A stretch of DNA of 58,126 nucleotides, the filler included, from a bacterium (GTDB lineage Bacteria; UBA9089; CG2-30-40-21; SBAY01): assembly GCA_040757115.1 (NCBI GenBank). It is 3 parts of 3 records of this genome, joined end to end, with 100 filler letters (N's around TTAATTAATTAA, not from the genome) between each part and the next. Parts side by side here need not be neighbours in the genome. Positions count along the whole stretch, not along the records: positions 19,550 to 38,867 come from JBFLYA010000058.1; positions 38,968 to 58,126 come from JBFLYA010000059.1; 1 more part is not named here. One strand, written 5' to 3'. The notes below the pieces were generated by a model. It ran no database searches and was not told where the DNA came from. It saw only the letters and a list, made by a program, of their open reading frames with translations. Every line of letters begins with the position of its first letter. Within the stretch, counting starts at the first letter, position 1. The position numbers and the translations under genes are program-made. Positions 29,818 to 40,823 of this stretch are shown here, piece after piece.

Positions 29818-30032
29818 GTAACTATTCACCACGAAGGGTACGGAGAGCACGAAGTGAAATTTGATGAATTATCGAATAGAGTCATTGGATGCGCTATAGC
29901 GGTGCATCGAACTCTTGGGCCAGGTTTGCTTGACACCGTGAAGAGTGATAATTCACAATTCACAATTGACAATTCACCATTCACCATTATTAAGGAAATT
30001 TAGGGAAGAAATTGTGAATGGTGAATAGTTAC
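29818..30032 (+). mobile_element. IS66-like MITE with 8-bp TSD carrying a GxxExxY gene start and array B
   Basis: Perfect 14-bp TIR GTAACTATTCACCA; flanked by AAGGGATC (29810-29817, 30033-30040). Confidence 0.9.
29854..29933 (+). pseudogene. GxxExxY (PD-(D/E)XK-like) protein, N-terminal fragment
   Basis: Translates MKFDELSNRVIGCAIAVHRTLGPGLL and is cut at the G-L-L-E motif. Confidence 0.8.
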
Positions 30033-30115
30033 AAGGGATCAAGGATTCAAGGGGTCAAGTGCTTGAAAAGTAGGGTTTTTACTTGAACCCTTGATCCCTG
30101 GACCCCTTGAATCCT
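30033..30115. repeat. Inverted octamer array
   Basis: (GGATCAAG/GGTCAAGT)n mirrored by (CTTGAACC/CTTGATCC)n; it is the insertion target of the preceding MITE. Confidence 0.65.
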
Positions 30116-30169
30116 CTAGGTAAAACTTTTGCAAATTCGTTTTCATTGGGTATAGTTACTGGAAATCAA

Positions 30170-32554
30170 ATGATGAATTTAGACAAAAAAGACCTATGGC
30201 TAATATTCTTATTTTTAACCTTAATAATTCTCTTTTTTGGACAGGTATTATTTACTCCAGCCACCTATGTCATTAGAGATTTTTACCGCACTTTTTATCC
30301 TACTCGATATTTTGTCGCAGAATGTGTAAAAGAGGGTTTTTTTCCGTTATGGAATCCTTATCTTTACTGTGGACATCCTTTTTTTGCCTCTTTACAACAT
30401 GGTCTTTTAAATCCTTTCTCTTTTTTTATTTATCTTTTTCCATTTGATATAGGAATTAAATTATTTATTGTCTGGCATTTTTTTTTAGCAGGTTTATTTA
30501 TGTATCTATTGATGCGAGATTTTGATATAAGCGGAATACCTTCTTTAATTGCCGCTTGTGCCTATACTTTTAATAGTTATATGCTCTCAATAGATACCTT
30601 TACTCACCTTACCTCTGCCTGTTGGACACCCCTTATATTTTTGCTATTCAATCGAGTAATTTCATCTTCGGTGGGAAAAAAGTTCAAATATATTATTCTA
30701 ACAGGCATCTCGTTAAGCCTTCAATTTGCAGGAGAAAAAGTCGAGATTTTTTTTGCAACTGTAATTGTTTTGATACTATGGACTTTGGCAAAAATCATTT
30801 TATTTAAACCACAAGAAAGAAAAATTGCCTTTTTTAGTTTATCTTTAGTTGGTTTGATAAGCCTGGGATTAATCCTTATTCAACTCCTACCGTTTTTTGA
30901 GGCAGTTGTTTCTTCATATCGAACAGAGCGTACCTCATATTCCCAGGCAACAAACTGGTCTTTACCACCTTTAGAATTATTCACACTTATCTGTCCTATA
31001 AAATCAGGATTTATGGAATTTATCCATGTTGGTATACAACATGGTTTTTTTAAGGGGCTTTACTTTGGCATTGTTCCCCTTTTCCTTATATTAATTACTT
31101 TTTATGAAAAAAGGAAAAGAAATCTATTCTGGCAGGCTATATTTTTAATAGGAATAATTCTATCTCTGGGTAACTATACCCCTTTTTATAAATTTTTATA
31201 CGACTATCTCCCATTATTTTCTATGTTTCGTTATCCAGTAAAATTTTTCTGTATAAGTATCTTTGCCGGAAGTATATTAGCGGGAGTTGGATTTGAGTAT
31301 CTATTAAAAACTATTAAGGCAAAAAAGATAAAACCCGCTATTGTCCTTTTTATCCCAAATCTTTTCCTGATTTTTATTTTACTCATCTGGTATCTTAACA
31401 TGGGTAAGTTCCTCTGGTTATTAAAACTTCATTATTTTATTCCTGAGTCGATAGAAGAATTAATGGATATTGAAGGAAAAAATTTTATGATATATCAAAA
31501 CTTTTTCTTAGTCACGATAGTTTTTTCTTTATTTAATTTACTGGTAATTATCAGCTCAAAACTTAGAATCAAATTAACTGTCTTTGCTATAACTTCAACT
31601 ATCATCATTATTTTTGATTTAATCTTTTTTGGCTTAAATTTAAACCCACTTGTTGACCAAAAATTATATCATCAGCAACCTGAAATGTTAAAGATACTAA
31701 AAAAAGAAGAGGGTTACTCTCGTTTTATGATAGAACCTAAGACCATCCAATATTATTCTTTTATGACTGATGTATCAGAAAAGACTCAATTTGAAACTGT
31801 TGATGAAATGCAATTAAGATTAATTCCCAATTTTGGATTAATGCATAAAATATATGAGATTGAAGGATACGGATTTTTAATATTAGAAGATTACCTGAAA
31901 TTTTATGAGAGATTAATTTCTGGTGAATTTACTGCGGTTCATCAACTTCTTAATCTATCTAATGTCCAATACATCCTCTCTAAATTTGAGATTCCATCTT
32001 CGAGTGTTCAATTAGTTTATAAAATGAAAAAATATGGGGAGGAATTTATGCTTTATAAAAATCCAGATTACCTGCCTCGTGCCTTTTTTGTCTCTAAAGC
32101 AAAAATAGTTAAAAACCGCGAAAAAATCTTAAATATACTTACAAACAAAAACTTTGACCCACAAAAAGAGGTAATTCTGGAAGAAAATGTTCTAAATTAT
32201 CCAGAATCCAAAATCCAAAATTTTGCTTCGCAACATTCTTCGAATTCAAAATCCAAAATCCAAATTACCGCTTATCAACCTAATAAAGTAAAAATCAATA
32301 CCTCTTGCCAGACCAATGGCTTTTTATTCTTAAGTGATACCTATTATCCTGGTTGGAAGGCGTATGTAGATGGACAACAAACAAAGATTTATCGAGCTAA
32401 TTTTCTCTTTAGGGCTGTTGTCTTACCAAAAGGAAGTCATCAAGTTGAATTTGTCTATTCCCCATTGAGTTTTAAAATAGGACTTTTGGGAAGTATCCTT
32501 ACTTCACTTGTTTTAATTCTGATAGGACTATGGAAAAATAGAGGTTATAAATGA
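30170..32554 (+). CDS. YfhO-family multi-TM protein (GT-C-like)
   Basis: PLWNPYLYCG.PF, many TM helices, C-terminal LSDTYYPGWKAYVDG..IYRAN..FRAV; likely start MMNLD. Confidence 0.85.
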   Translation: MMNLDKKDLWLIFLFLTLIILFFGQVLFTPATYVIRDFYRTFYPTRYFVAECVKEGFFPLWNPYLYCGHPFFASLQHGLLNPFSFFIYLFPFDIGIKLFIVWHFFLAGLFMYLLMRDFDISGIPSLIAACAYTFNSYMLSIDTFTHLTSACWTPLIFLLFNRVISSSVGKKFKYIILTGISLSLQFAGEKVEIFFATVIVLILWTLAKIILFKPQERKIAFFSLSLVGLISLGLILIQLLPFFEAVVSSYRTERTSYSQATNWSLPPLELFTLICPIKSGFMEFIHVGIQHGFFKGLYFGIVPLFLILITFYEKRKRNLFWQAIFLIGIILSLGNYTPFYKFLYDYLPLFSMFRYPVKFFCISIFAGSILAGVGFEYLLKTIKAKKIKPAIVLFIPNLFLIFILLIWYLNMGKFLWLLKLHYFIPESIEELMDIEGKNFMIYQNFFLVTIVFSLFNLLVIISSKLRIKLTVFAITSTIIIIFDLIFFGLNLNPLVDQKLYHQQPEMLKILKKEEGYSRFMIEPKTIQYYSFMTDVSEKTQFETVDEMQLRLIPNFGLMHKIYEIEGYGFLILEDYLKFYERLISGEFTAVHQLLNLSNVQYILSKFEIPSSSVQLVYKMKKYGEEFMLYKNPDYLPRAFFVSKAKIVKNREKILNILTNKNFDPQKEVILEENVLNYPESKIQNFASQHSSNSKSKIQITAYQPNKVKINTSCQTNGFLFLSDTYYPGWKAYVDGQQTKIYRANFLFRAVVLPKGSHQVEFVYSPLSFKIGLLGSILTSLVLILIGLWKNRGYK

Positions 32555-34803
32555 AATATAAAAAAGACCTATATGCCATCTTTTTTATTTTACTATTAGT
32601 AGTTATTTTTTTTAGTGAGGTGTTATTTACTAACAAAAATTTTGTCTTTCGTGATTTCTTTATGTATCAATATCCTATTAGACATTTTACAACTGAGTGT
32701 CTAAGAACAGGATTTATTCCATTTTGGAATCCATATCTTTTTTGCGGGAATCCATTTTTAGCTAATATAAACTCAGCTATATTTTATCCACTTTCTTTCA
32801 TTAATTGTCTCTTCCCTTTCTATTTTGGTATAAAGTTATTCATGGTCATTCATTTTTTCTTATCTTCTTTATTTATGTATTGGCTAATGCGAAGTTGGCT
32901 AAAGATAATGCCTTCTTTAATATCAAGTATTACTTATGGTTTTAGTGGTTATCTCTTATCAATGATAGATACTTATACGATATTAGCTACCTCTACCTGG
33001 ACACCACTTTGTTTCCTACTTATCAATCGTGCCATTGAAGGAAGGAATTTTGCAGTTATTTTATCAGGAATATTTTTAGGAATTCAATTTTTAGCAGGTG
33101 CTCCAGATGTATTTCTTATTGCCATATTAGGACTTTTCTTGTTTAGTTTGTCTAAGAGTTTAGTAGGTAATAATAAGGGAATTTATTCCTTTTTGTTAGC
33201 TGGATTAATTGGAATGGGACTTACCCTATTTCAATCTTTGCCTTTTTTAGAGATGGCTTCTTTTTCTACCAGGATTATCAGTGGTTTAGAATATTCTGAG
33301 GCTACACTTAGAGCTTTAAGTCTGGCTGAATTATTTACCCTTTTCATTCCTATTACAAAATCAGTTAATTTCTGGTTTGGTCAAAATATAGTAAAAAGTT
33401 GTTATTTAGGAATTATCCCCTTTTGTTTTATTTTAATAGGGATTTTTTATTCAAAAAGGAAATTAATCTTGTTTTGGACCGTGCTATTCTTTGTATCTCT
33501 TCTTTTAGCTATGGGAAAATATTTCCCTGTTTATCAACTTTTATATAAATATATACCATACTTTGCAAGTATGAAAGACCCCATAAAGTTTTTTTCGTTA
33601 ACCGTATTATCAGGAGCTATTTTGACAGGATTTGGAGCGGCTAAGTTGATGGAAGAAAATAAAGGCATAAATTTTCTGTTGATATTTAATCTTATATATT
33701 TTATTCTTTGGCTAATAGCCTGGATGGCTAAAGATTTTATCCTATCTTTATGGATTAATACCGTAGAATGGTATTTTTTGAATATATGGGGAAGTTTTTT
33801 ATCACTCATTCTCCTTTCCTTAACAACATCACTTTTTATTTTAAAAATACATGGATATGTTAGAGCATCAGTTGCTTTTATAGGTATAATTTTCATTCTT
33901 ATAATAGATCTTTTTCTTATGGGATGTAAACTTAATCCATTAATAGATAAAGGTTTTTATGATTATGAACCCGAAATTGTAAAATTAATTGAAAAAGATA
34001 AAGATTACTTTCGTATCCTCTCTGCTTACAATATTAAAGTTAATGATTTTACTTTGCCGCCTATGTTTATAATAAACTTAAAGTTAAAAAATAGCGTGCA
34101 TCCCAATGTGGGAGTTCCTTACCATTTATATGATGCCTATGGTTATGATGGATTTAGATTAAAAGATTATGATACCCTAATTTCTCTTGAACAATTAGAA
34201 AAAACTTCCAAATTATTATCTTTACTTAATATTAAATACATAATTAGCCATTTTAAACTTATCAATATGGATATATTTTATGATGGAGGTGACTTTAAAG
34301 TTTATAAAAATACCGGGTATTTAAAGAGAGCCTTTTTCGTTCCAAAAGCAAGGGTAGTTAAAGACAGGAGAGAAATTTTGAATATACTCTCAAAGGGTGA
34401 TTTTGAACCCAAAAAAGAGGTAATATTAGAAGAATTTCCAAATTCTAAATTCCATCCTAAATCTCAAATCTTAAATCCCAAATCCAAAATCCAAATTATA
34501 GATTATCAACCTAACAAAGTTATTATTAACAGCTCTTGTGAGAAAAGTGGCTTTTTATTCTTAAGTGATACCTATTATCCTGGTTGGAAGGCGTATATAG
34601 ACGGCAAACCAACAAAGGTATATCGGGCAAATTACCTTTTTAGGGCAATTGTGCTTCCAGAAGGAAATCATCAGATTGAATTTGTCTATTTTCCTGCAAG
34701 TTTTAAAATCGGGCTTTTGGGAACATTAATCACTATTACTATCTTAGTTAGCTTCATGATTATCCTGAGAATTAAACATTTTTCCAATCCCATATTCTTT
34801 TAG
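32551..34803 (+). CDS. YfhO-family multi-TM protein, paralog
   Basis: PFWNPYLFCG.PF, LSDTYYPGWKAYIDG; ATGA overlap with the first copy. Confidence 0.85.
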   Translation: MKYKKDLYAIFFILLLVVIFFSEVLFTNKNFVFRDFFMYQYPIRHFTTECLRTGFIPFWNPYLFCGNPFLANINSAIFYPLSFINCLFPFYFGIKLFMVIHFFLSSLFMYWLMRSWLKIMPSLISSITYGFSGYLLSMIDTYTILATSTWTPLCFLLINRAIEGRNFAVILSGIFLGIQFLAGAPDVFLIAILGLFLFSLSKSLVGNNKGIYSFLLAGLIGMGLTLFQSLPFLEMASFSTRIISGLEYSEATLRALSLAELFTLFIPITKSVNFWFGQNIVKSCYLGIIPFCFILIGIFYSKRKLILFWTVLFFVSLLLAMGKYFPVYQLLYKYIPYFASMKDPIKFFSLTVLSGAILTGFGAAKLMEENKGINFLLIFNLIYFILWLIAWMAKDFILSLWINTVEWYFLNIWGSFLSLILLSLTTSLFILKIHGYVRASVAFIGIIFILIIDLFLMGCKLNPLIDKGFYDYEPEIVKLIEKDKDYFRILSAYNIKVNDFTLPPMFIINLKLKNSVHPNVGVPYHLYDAYGYDGFRLKDYDTLISLEQLEKTSKLLSLLNIKYIISHFKLINMDIFYDGGDFKVYKNTGYLKRAFFVPKARVVKDRREILNILSKGDFEPKKEVILEEFPNSKFHPKSQILNPKSKIQIIDYQPNKVIINSSCEKSGFLFLSDTYYPGWKAYIDGKPTKVYRANYLFRAIVLPEGNHQIEFVYFPASFKIGLLGTLITITILVSFMIILRIKHFSNPIFF

Positions 34804-34848
34804 GCTCAATATCTATATTAATTAGTATATCGTTCAAAAAAAATGATA

Positions 34849-34877
34849 TTGCAATATAATTTTATTTATGGTATAAT
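34849..34877 (+). promoter_or_regulatory. sigma70 promoter for pyrB
   Basis: TTGCAA-17 nt-TATAAT with extended -10 TG. Confidence 0.6.
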
Positions 34878-34919
34878 TATCTACAAACAAAGTTATGAAT
34901 TTCGTGAAAGGCACTTTAA

Positions 34920-35888
<969 letters not shown>

Positions 35889-35909
35889 TTACAAAAGGAG
35901 GAATAAAAG

Positions 35910-37973
35910 ATGAATTGTCCAAATTGTTCAATCCAACTAACCCCAACTATGACTACTCAAGGTGTAGAAGTTGATGCGTGCAGTAAATGTAATGGTGTCT
36001 GGCTGGATAAAGGTGAGGTATTTTTCTTTACTAAAAAAGTAAATGCCGTTGCCAGGGCACTTGAGCAAGCAATTAAAGAAGGAAAACCTACGACAAAACT
36101 TAGTCCTAAAACCCAAAAACCAATGCAAGAAATATCTCTCTCAGAGGGAAAAATTCAAATTGACTATTGTCCCCAGAGCAATGGACTCTGGTTTGATGCC
36201 GGAGAATTAGAGCAATTACAAAAGACTGATATTAAAATAACCCTTGATAAAGAGGCAAAAATATCCACTAAACCCAAAATTTACGAGATAAAGGAAAAAG
36301 TACCTCCGTTAATTAAAAACCTGACTCCACTTCCAAATCTCTTCATTCGGTCATGTAGTGTCCTTTTTGGGCTATATGCACTTTTGACACTTGTTTTAAT
36401 TACGGTGGTAAATTTTGGTCTTATCACGCCAGATTTTGCCATATTAATCGCTCTGGGAATTATTTCTTTACAATTTATCCTGGGTCCCTGGCTGATGGAT
36501 ATATCACTGCGATTCTTTTATAAGATTTCCTGGAATGCCTATTTACCAGAGCCTCTAAATAATTTTATTAAAGATACCTGTCGAAAACAAGGAATGAAAT
36601 TTCCTCGATTTGGTATTTTACAAGATGGTGCACCGCAAGCATTTACTTATGGACATCATCCCAATAACGCCAGAATCGTTATTTCGCAAGGATTAATTGA
36701 CCTTTTAGAACCAGAGGAAGTTTGCGGTGTTGTTGCCCATGAAATTGGACATGCCAAACACTGGGATATGTTAGTTATGACGATTGCGTATCTTGTTCCA
36801 CTTATTTTATACTATGTATATCGGACACTTATACAAATGCGAACAAAGGGCAGAGAGGACAAATCTGCACACATACGCTATGCCATTGCTATTGGTTCAT
36901 ATATTCTTTACATTATCAGTCAATATCTGGTTTTATGGCTATCTCGGACCAGGGAATATTATGCCGATAGATTCGCAGGTGAAGTAACTAAAAATCCTAA
37001 CGCCCTGGCATCGGCATTAGTCAAAATTGCTTATGGATTGGCTGGACAACAGAAAAAAGAAGAAAAAGAAACTCGAAGAGCCCCAACTTTAGATGCAATT
37101 GGTGCCTTAGGAATATTCGATGCTAAAGTCGCCCGTTCGTTGGCTATGGTCAGTTATTCATCCCCTGCGGCTAAAATGGGTGGTGAGATAAATAAAGAAA
37201 ATCTACAAGAAGCAATGAAATGGGATTTGTGGAATCCCTGGGCAAAATATTATGAATTGCATTCTACTCACCCATTAGTCGCAAATCGACTAAATTATCT
37301 CTCTGAACAAAGTATTTCCCTGGGACTTGAACCTTTTGTGTCCTTTAATCAAAAGAAACCTGAATCATACTGGGATGAATTTTTTGTGGATTTATTGATA
37401 CTCTACTTGCCTACAATGGTGATACTCTTTAGTTTGGGAGGTATCATTGCACCACCCTTGTTGCTACAAAGTTCTCCTGATATGACGCTATTGGGTCTGG
37501 TTTTTTGTTTATTTGGAATTGCACAATTAATTCAGATAGTATTTTCTTATAAAAATCCGGGTTATTTCCCGCAAATGGATATTGTCAGCTTACTAAAAAA
37601 TGTAAAAGTCTCGGCAATAAGACCTGTTCCTTGTAGACTTAAAGGTAAAATAATAGGTCGGGGAGTGCCAGGTCTTATCTGGTCAGAAGATTTTGTCATG
37701 CAGGATTCAACCGGGATAATATTCCTTGATTATCGTCAGCCATTAGGTATCTGGGAATTTCTATTTGGATTACTTCGTTCTTCACAACTTCAAGACCAGG
37801 AAGTAACTCTTACTGGCTGGTATCGTCGAAGCCCTGTGCCGTATGTTGAATTGAAAAATTTTACTATCGGCTCAACTACTCGTAATTGCTATGTTTATCA
37901 GATGAAACTTATTTCATCAGGATTTATAATATTATTGGGAATAGGTATGTTACTTATGTCAATAGTAAAGTAG
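35910..37973 (+). CDS. M48 (HtpX-like) zinc metalloprotease with N-terminal TFIIB-type Zn-ribbon repeats
   Basis: CPNC..C.KC.GVWLDKGE and a second GLWFDAGEL repeat; AHEIGH, SRTREYYAD, STHP. Confidence 0.88.
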   Translation: MNCPNCSIQLTPTMTTQGVEVDACSKCNGVWLDKGEVFFFTKKVNAVARALEQAIKEGKPTTKLSPKTQKPMQEISLSEGKIQIDYCPQSNGLWFDAGELEQLQKTDIKITLDKEAKISTKPKIYEIKEKVPPLIKNLTPLPNLFIRSCSVLFGLYALLTLVLITVVNFGLITPDFAILIALGIISLQFILGPWLMDISLRFFYKISWNAYLPEPLNNFIKDTCRKQGMKFPRFGILQDGAPQAFTYGHHPNNARIVISQGLIDLLEPEEVCGVVAHEIGHAKHWDMLVMTIAYLVPLILYYVYRTLIQMRTKGREDKSAHIRYAIAIGSYILYIISQYLVLWLSRTREYYADRFAGEVTKNPNALASALVKIAYGLAGQQKKEEKETRRAPTLDAIGALGIFDAKVARSLAMVSYSSPAAKMGGEINKENLQEAMKWDLWNPWAKYYELHSTHPLVANRLNYLSEQSISLGLEPFVSFNQKKPESYWDEFFVDLLILYLPTMVILFSLGGIIAPPLLLQSSPDMTLLGLVFCLFGIAQLIQIVFSYKNPGYFPQMDIVSLLKNVKVSAIRPVPCRLKGKIIGRGVPGLIWSEDFVMQDSTGIIFLDYRQPLGIWEFLFGLLRSSQLQDQEVTLTGWYRRSPVPYVELKNFTIGSTTRNCYVYQMKLISSGFIILLGIGMLLMSIVK

Positions 37974-38028
37974 CCAGTAGTCAGTGAACAGTGGTCAGTA
38001 ATTAGAAACCAATTTAAGAGGTAATGAA

Positions 38029-38721
38029 ATGACTAAAAGTCAGTTTTTAGGTAAAATATCTATTTTTAGTTCCTTAGAAAAAGAAGATTTGGAACTATTA
38101 GCAACCGCTACTCAAGAAGTAACTTACAAAAAAGGACAAACAATTATCAGCAGTGAAGAGATAGGGACGACATTTTTCGTTGTTAAATCAGGTAAAGTCA
38201 AGGTAACTGCAGAGGCGTTAGATAGTCGAGAGATTGTGCTGAGCACCCTTGCCCCTTTATCTTTCTTTGGGGAGATGTCTATTCTTGATGGTGAACCGAG
38301 GTCTGCGACTATCACTGCCTTAGAGGAGACAGAATTGATTACTATGGATAAGGATGTTTTTCTCAGAATACTACACCGTTATCCCCAAATTGCAATTAAT
38401 ATACTAACTATTTTATCTCAAAGGTTACGAAGAGCAGATGAATTAATTCAAAATTTAAGATTTTTAAGTGCCTCAGGAAGGACAATCCAAACATTATTTA
38501 AGCTCTTAGATGAGCATGGTGTGAAGGTAAAAGAAGGAATGCTAATTGATATGCGATTGACTCATCAAGAGCTGGCAAGTTTAGCCGGGACATCAAGAGA
38601 ATCAATGCGTAAGGTTATCCACGATTTTCAAGAAAAAGGTTATCTAAAATTCTACCGTGGCAAAATCACTGTTTTAAATGAAGATATACTCTTAAGAACA
38701 TTAGCGAGATCTATTGTTTAA
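38029..38721 (+). CDS. Crp/Fnr-family regulator
   Basis: FFGEMS.LDG.PRSAT cNMP pocket; LTHQELASLAGTSRE HTH. Confidence 0.93.
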   Translation: MTKSQFLGKISIFSSLEKEDLELLATATQEVTYKKGQTIISSEEIGTTFFVVKSGKVKVTAEALDSREIVLSTLAPLSFFGEMSILDGEPRSATITALEETELITMDKDVFLRILHRYPQIAINILTILSQRLRRADELIQNLRFLSASGRTIQTLFKLLDEHGVKVKEGMLIDMRLTHQELASLAGTSRESMRKVIHDFQEKGYLKFYRGKITVLNEDILLRTLARSIV

Positions 38722-38746
38722 TTATTCTCCTATCTTCATATATTTC

Positions 38747-38867
38747 GTAACCGTTCAGGCTATATATCAAAAGTGTAAGAAAGGGGATAAGGAGATAAGA
38801 GTGATATGGAGATAAGATAATAGAAATAGATTGAAATTTATAGAAATAGGTAGAAATTGATTGTGGA
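38747..38867 (-). mobile_element. MITE A, partial copy at contig edge (other half)
   Basis: Reverse complement of the last 121 nt of 4037-4273. Confidence 0.9.
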
Positions 38868-38967
38868 NNNNNNNNNNNNNNNNNNNNNNNNNNNNNNNNN
38901 NNNNNNNNNNNTTAATTAATTAANNNNNNNNNNNNNNNNNNNNNNNNNNNNNNNNNNNNNNNNNNNN
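38868..38967. other. Artificial contig linker
   Basis: 44 N + TTAATTAATTAA + 44 N. Confidence 0.97.
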
Positions 38968-39165
38968 CCCTATTCACCTGAATTAAATCCAGTGGAACGG
39001 CTTTGGGATTGGATACGGAGATATTATCTTAGTAACCGAATTTATCAGGGTTATGATGAAATAGTGGATGTTTCTTGCCAGGCTTGGCTGGAAGCAACTA
39101 ACGACAATAAACGCTTAAATTCTATGTGTTGGTTCTCTTGGATTAAATCGGCAGAAATTAATTAG
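38968..39165 (+). mobile_element. IS630-family transposase C-terminus at contig edge
   Basis: Translates PYSPELNPVERLWDWIR...CQAW. Confidence 0.85.
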
Positions 39166-39231
39166 AATTGATGTTATTCACTTTTATGTTTAGCTCCGAA
39201 TGATTCGCAAGTTAAAAAAGCTGTTGAAGAA

Positions 39232-39723
39232 TTGAAAAAGAAATGGACTAACAAACAAGGATGGTTCTGCCACTATTTTTTTGTTGAAGGTCTATTTAAA
39301 AAATTACAGGTGGGATGCCCAATGGCTGGACTAATGGCGCTGGAAGTGTTCTCAAAAGTTCCAGAACTAAAAGAATCGTTCTATGCTCAAAATGCCTATT
39401 ATCCGCTTAAATTCCACTATGAGTATGGAAAAACTATCTATTATTTTGGTCGTTCTAAACGTTTCTGGACCTTAAAATATCCCTTTATATGGTATAATGC
39501 ATTATATTTAGCAGAGGTGTTAACTCGTTTTGAATTTGTAAGAAATGAAAAGTTAGTCAAAGAATTAGTTGAGTGGATAGAGCACTCGCAGGATGAACAA
39601 GGACGGTTTATACCAACATCTATGTTTATGCATTATAAAAATTGGGATTTTGCTAATAAAAAAGAGCCATCTCCGTGGATTACTTTTCTATGCTGTAGAA
39701 TATTAAAGAGGTGGTATGGTTAA
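39232..39723 (+). pseudogene. Alpha/alpha-barrel (prenyltransferase-repeat-like) protein, probably 5'-truncated by IS630
   Basis: YPFIWYNAL, SQDEQGRF, PSPWIT; frame open upstream to the IS end. Confidence 0.55.
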
Positions 39724-39781
39724 TATGAAGCAACATTGCATAATTGTTCAATAAGGACAAATAAGAAAAAAGGGGGTTACA

Positions 39782-40393
39782 ATGAATAGCTTTAGGTTAA
39801 AAATTATGTCATTTTTGGGAGTGTTCATTCTTAATTTTTCTATTTTGTCTGCTCAACCAACAGAAGAAGGTTTATTAAAAGCCTGGGAGGAATTACAGAA
39901 GAATGATCCTAAGACAGTAGTTTTTGAAAAAATTAAAGAAAGATGCTACAAATTCAAAACTGAATGGTTTCCTTTTGATGGTGAGTTAAAGGTGCTTAAT
40001 ATTATTGTTGATGATACCTACGCTCACTTTGAAGGTGGGTATTACAGAGGCACTATTGAGGTTGAATTAGTTGGTTTACCTGACGATATTCTCAAAAAAT
40101 ATTCTTATAGTCATTCAATGTGGTGCTCGAAGAATAGCCTCTGTTTTGATAATAAAATAGGGAAGTGGCTAACTTATGGAGACCATGGGGCTGAACTGGC
40201 GAAAAGAGCACAAAAATATCCATCGTTTCTATTTAGAGTGCAAGAAATCTTCTATTATGTATGGATTATTGTATTGGGTGCATTTTTAGTTTATACTATA
40301 ATTAAATTCAACAGAGTTATAAAGATATCGGAAGAAAGTTATAAGGTATTGAAGGAAATATCAGAAAAATTAAAAGACAAAACCGAAAAATAA
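39782..40393 (+). CDS. Hypothetical exported protein with C-terminal TM anchor
   Basis: Signal peptide ending LSA-Q; one C-terminal hydrophobic helix. Confidence 0.6.
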   Translation: MNSFRLKIMSFLGVFILNFSILSAQPTEEGLLKAWEELQKNDPKTVVFEKIKERCYKFKTEWFPFDGELKVLNIIVDDTYAHFEGGYYRGTIEVELVGLPDDILKKYSYSHSMWCSKNSLCFDNKIGKWLTYGDHGAELAKRAQKYPSFLFRVQEIFYYVWIIVLGAFLVYTIIKFNRVIKISEESYKVLKEISEKLKDKTEK

Positions 40394-40731
40394 AGTATTT
40401 GCCTAATGAAAAAGATAGAAAGCGGTATTTTTCTAATCTTAATTACAACGGTATTGATGCTTGCTGCCTGTGGGAAGATAACTTGGCCTCTAAAGGTAAA
40501 GGTTGAGTTAAAAAATTTCGATCAACAGGTATCACGAAAGTGCCTATTTCAACTTGTACCGAACAAGTCAACTTTACAAGACCTATGTATACACCAAAGA
40601 CCATAACCATGTTTTTTATATCCAAATATTATCAAAAGATACAACACTTGATGACTATCGAGCGCATCAATGTTACCGGAAAGAAACGCTTGCTTTTACT
40701 CCATAGGTTTCAATTACGAGTGTATATTGTC

Positions 40732-40792
40732 ACCTAACCCATCGCTGCAGTCGACCTCGCTTACGCTCGGCGGCTGAGCTCGGTCGTTAGAT
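40732..40792 (+). other. Integron attC site 1
   Basis: ACCTAAC (RYYYAAC) ... imperfect hairpin ... GTTAGAT (GTTRRRY), 61 bp. Confidence 0.88.
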
Positions 40793-40823
40793 ACTTTAGA
40801 CGCTACAATGGTGAGATATAGAT

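Noticed and set aside
40406-40737. Two short overlapping ORFs before attC 1
   Set aside because: Possibly a decayed cassette gene, but no recognisable motif and no clear upstream attC
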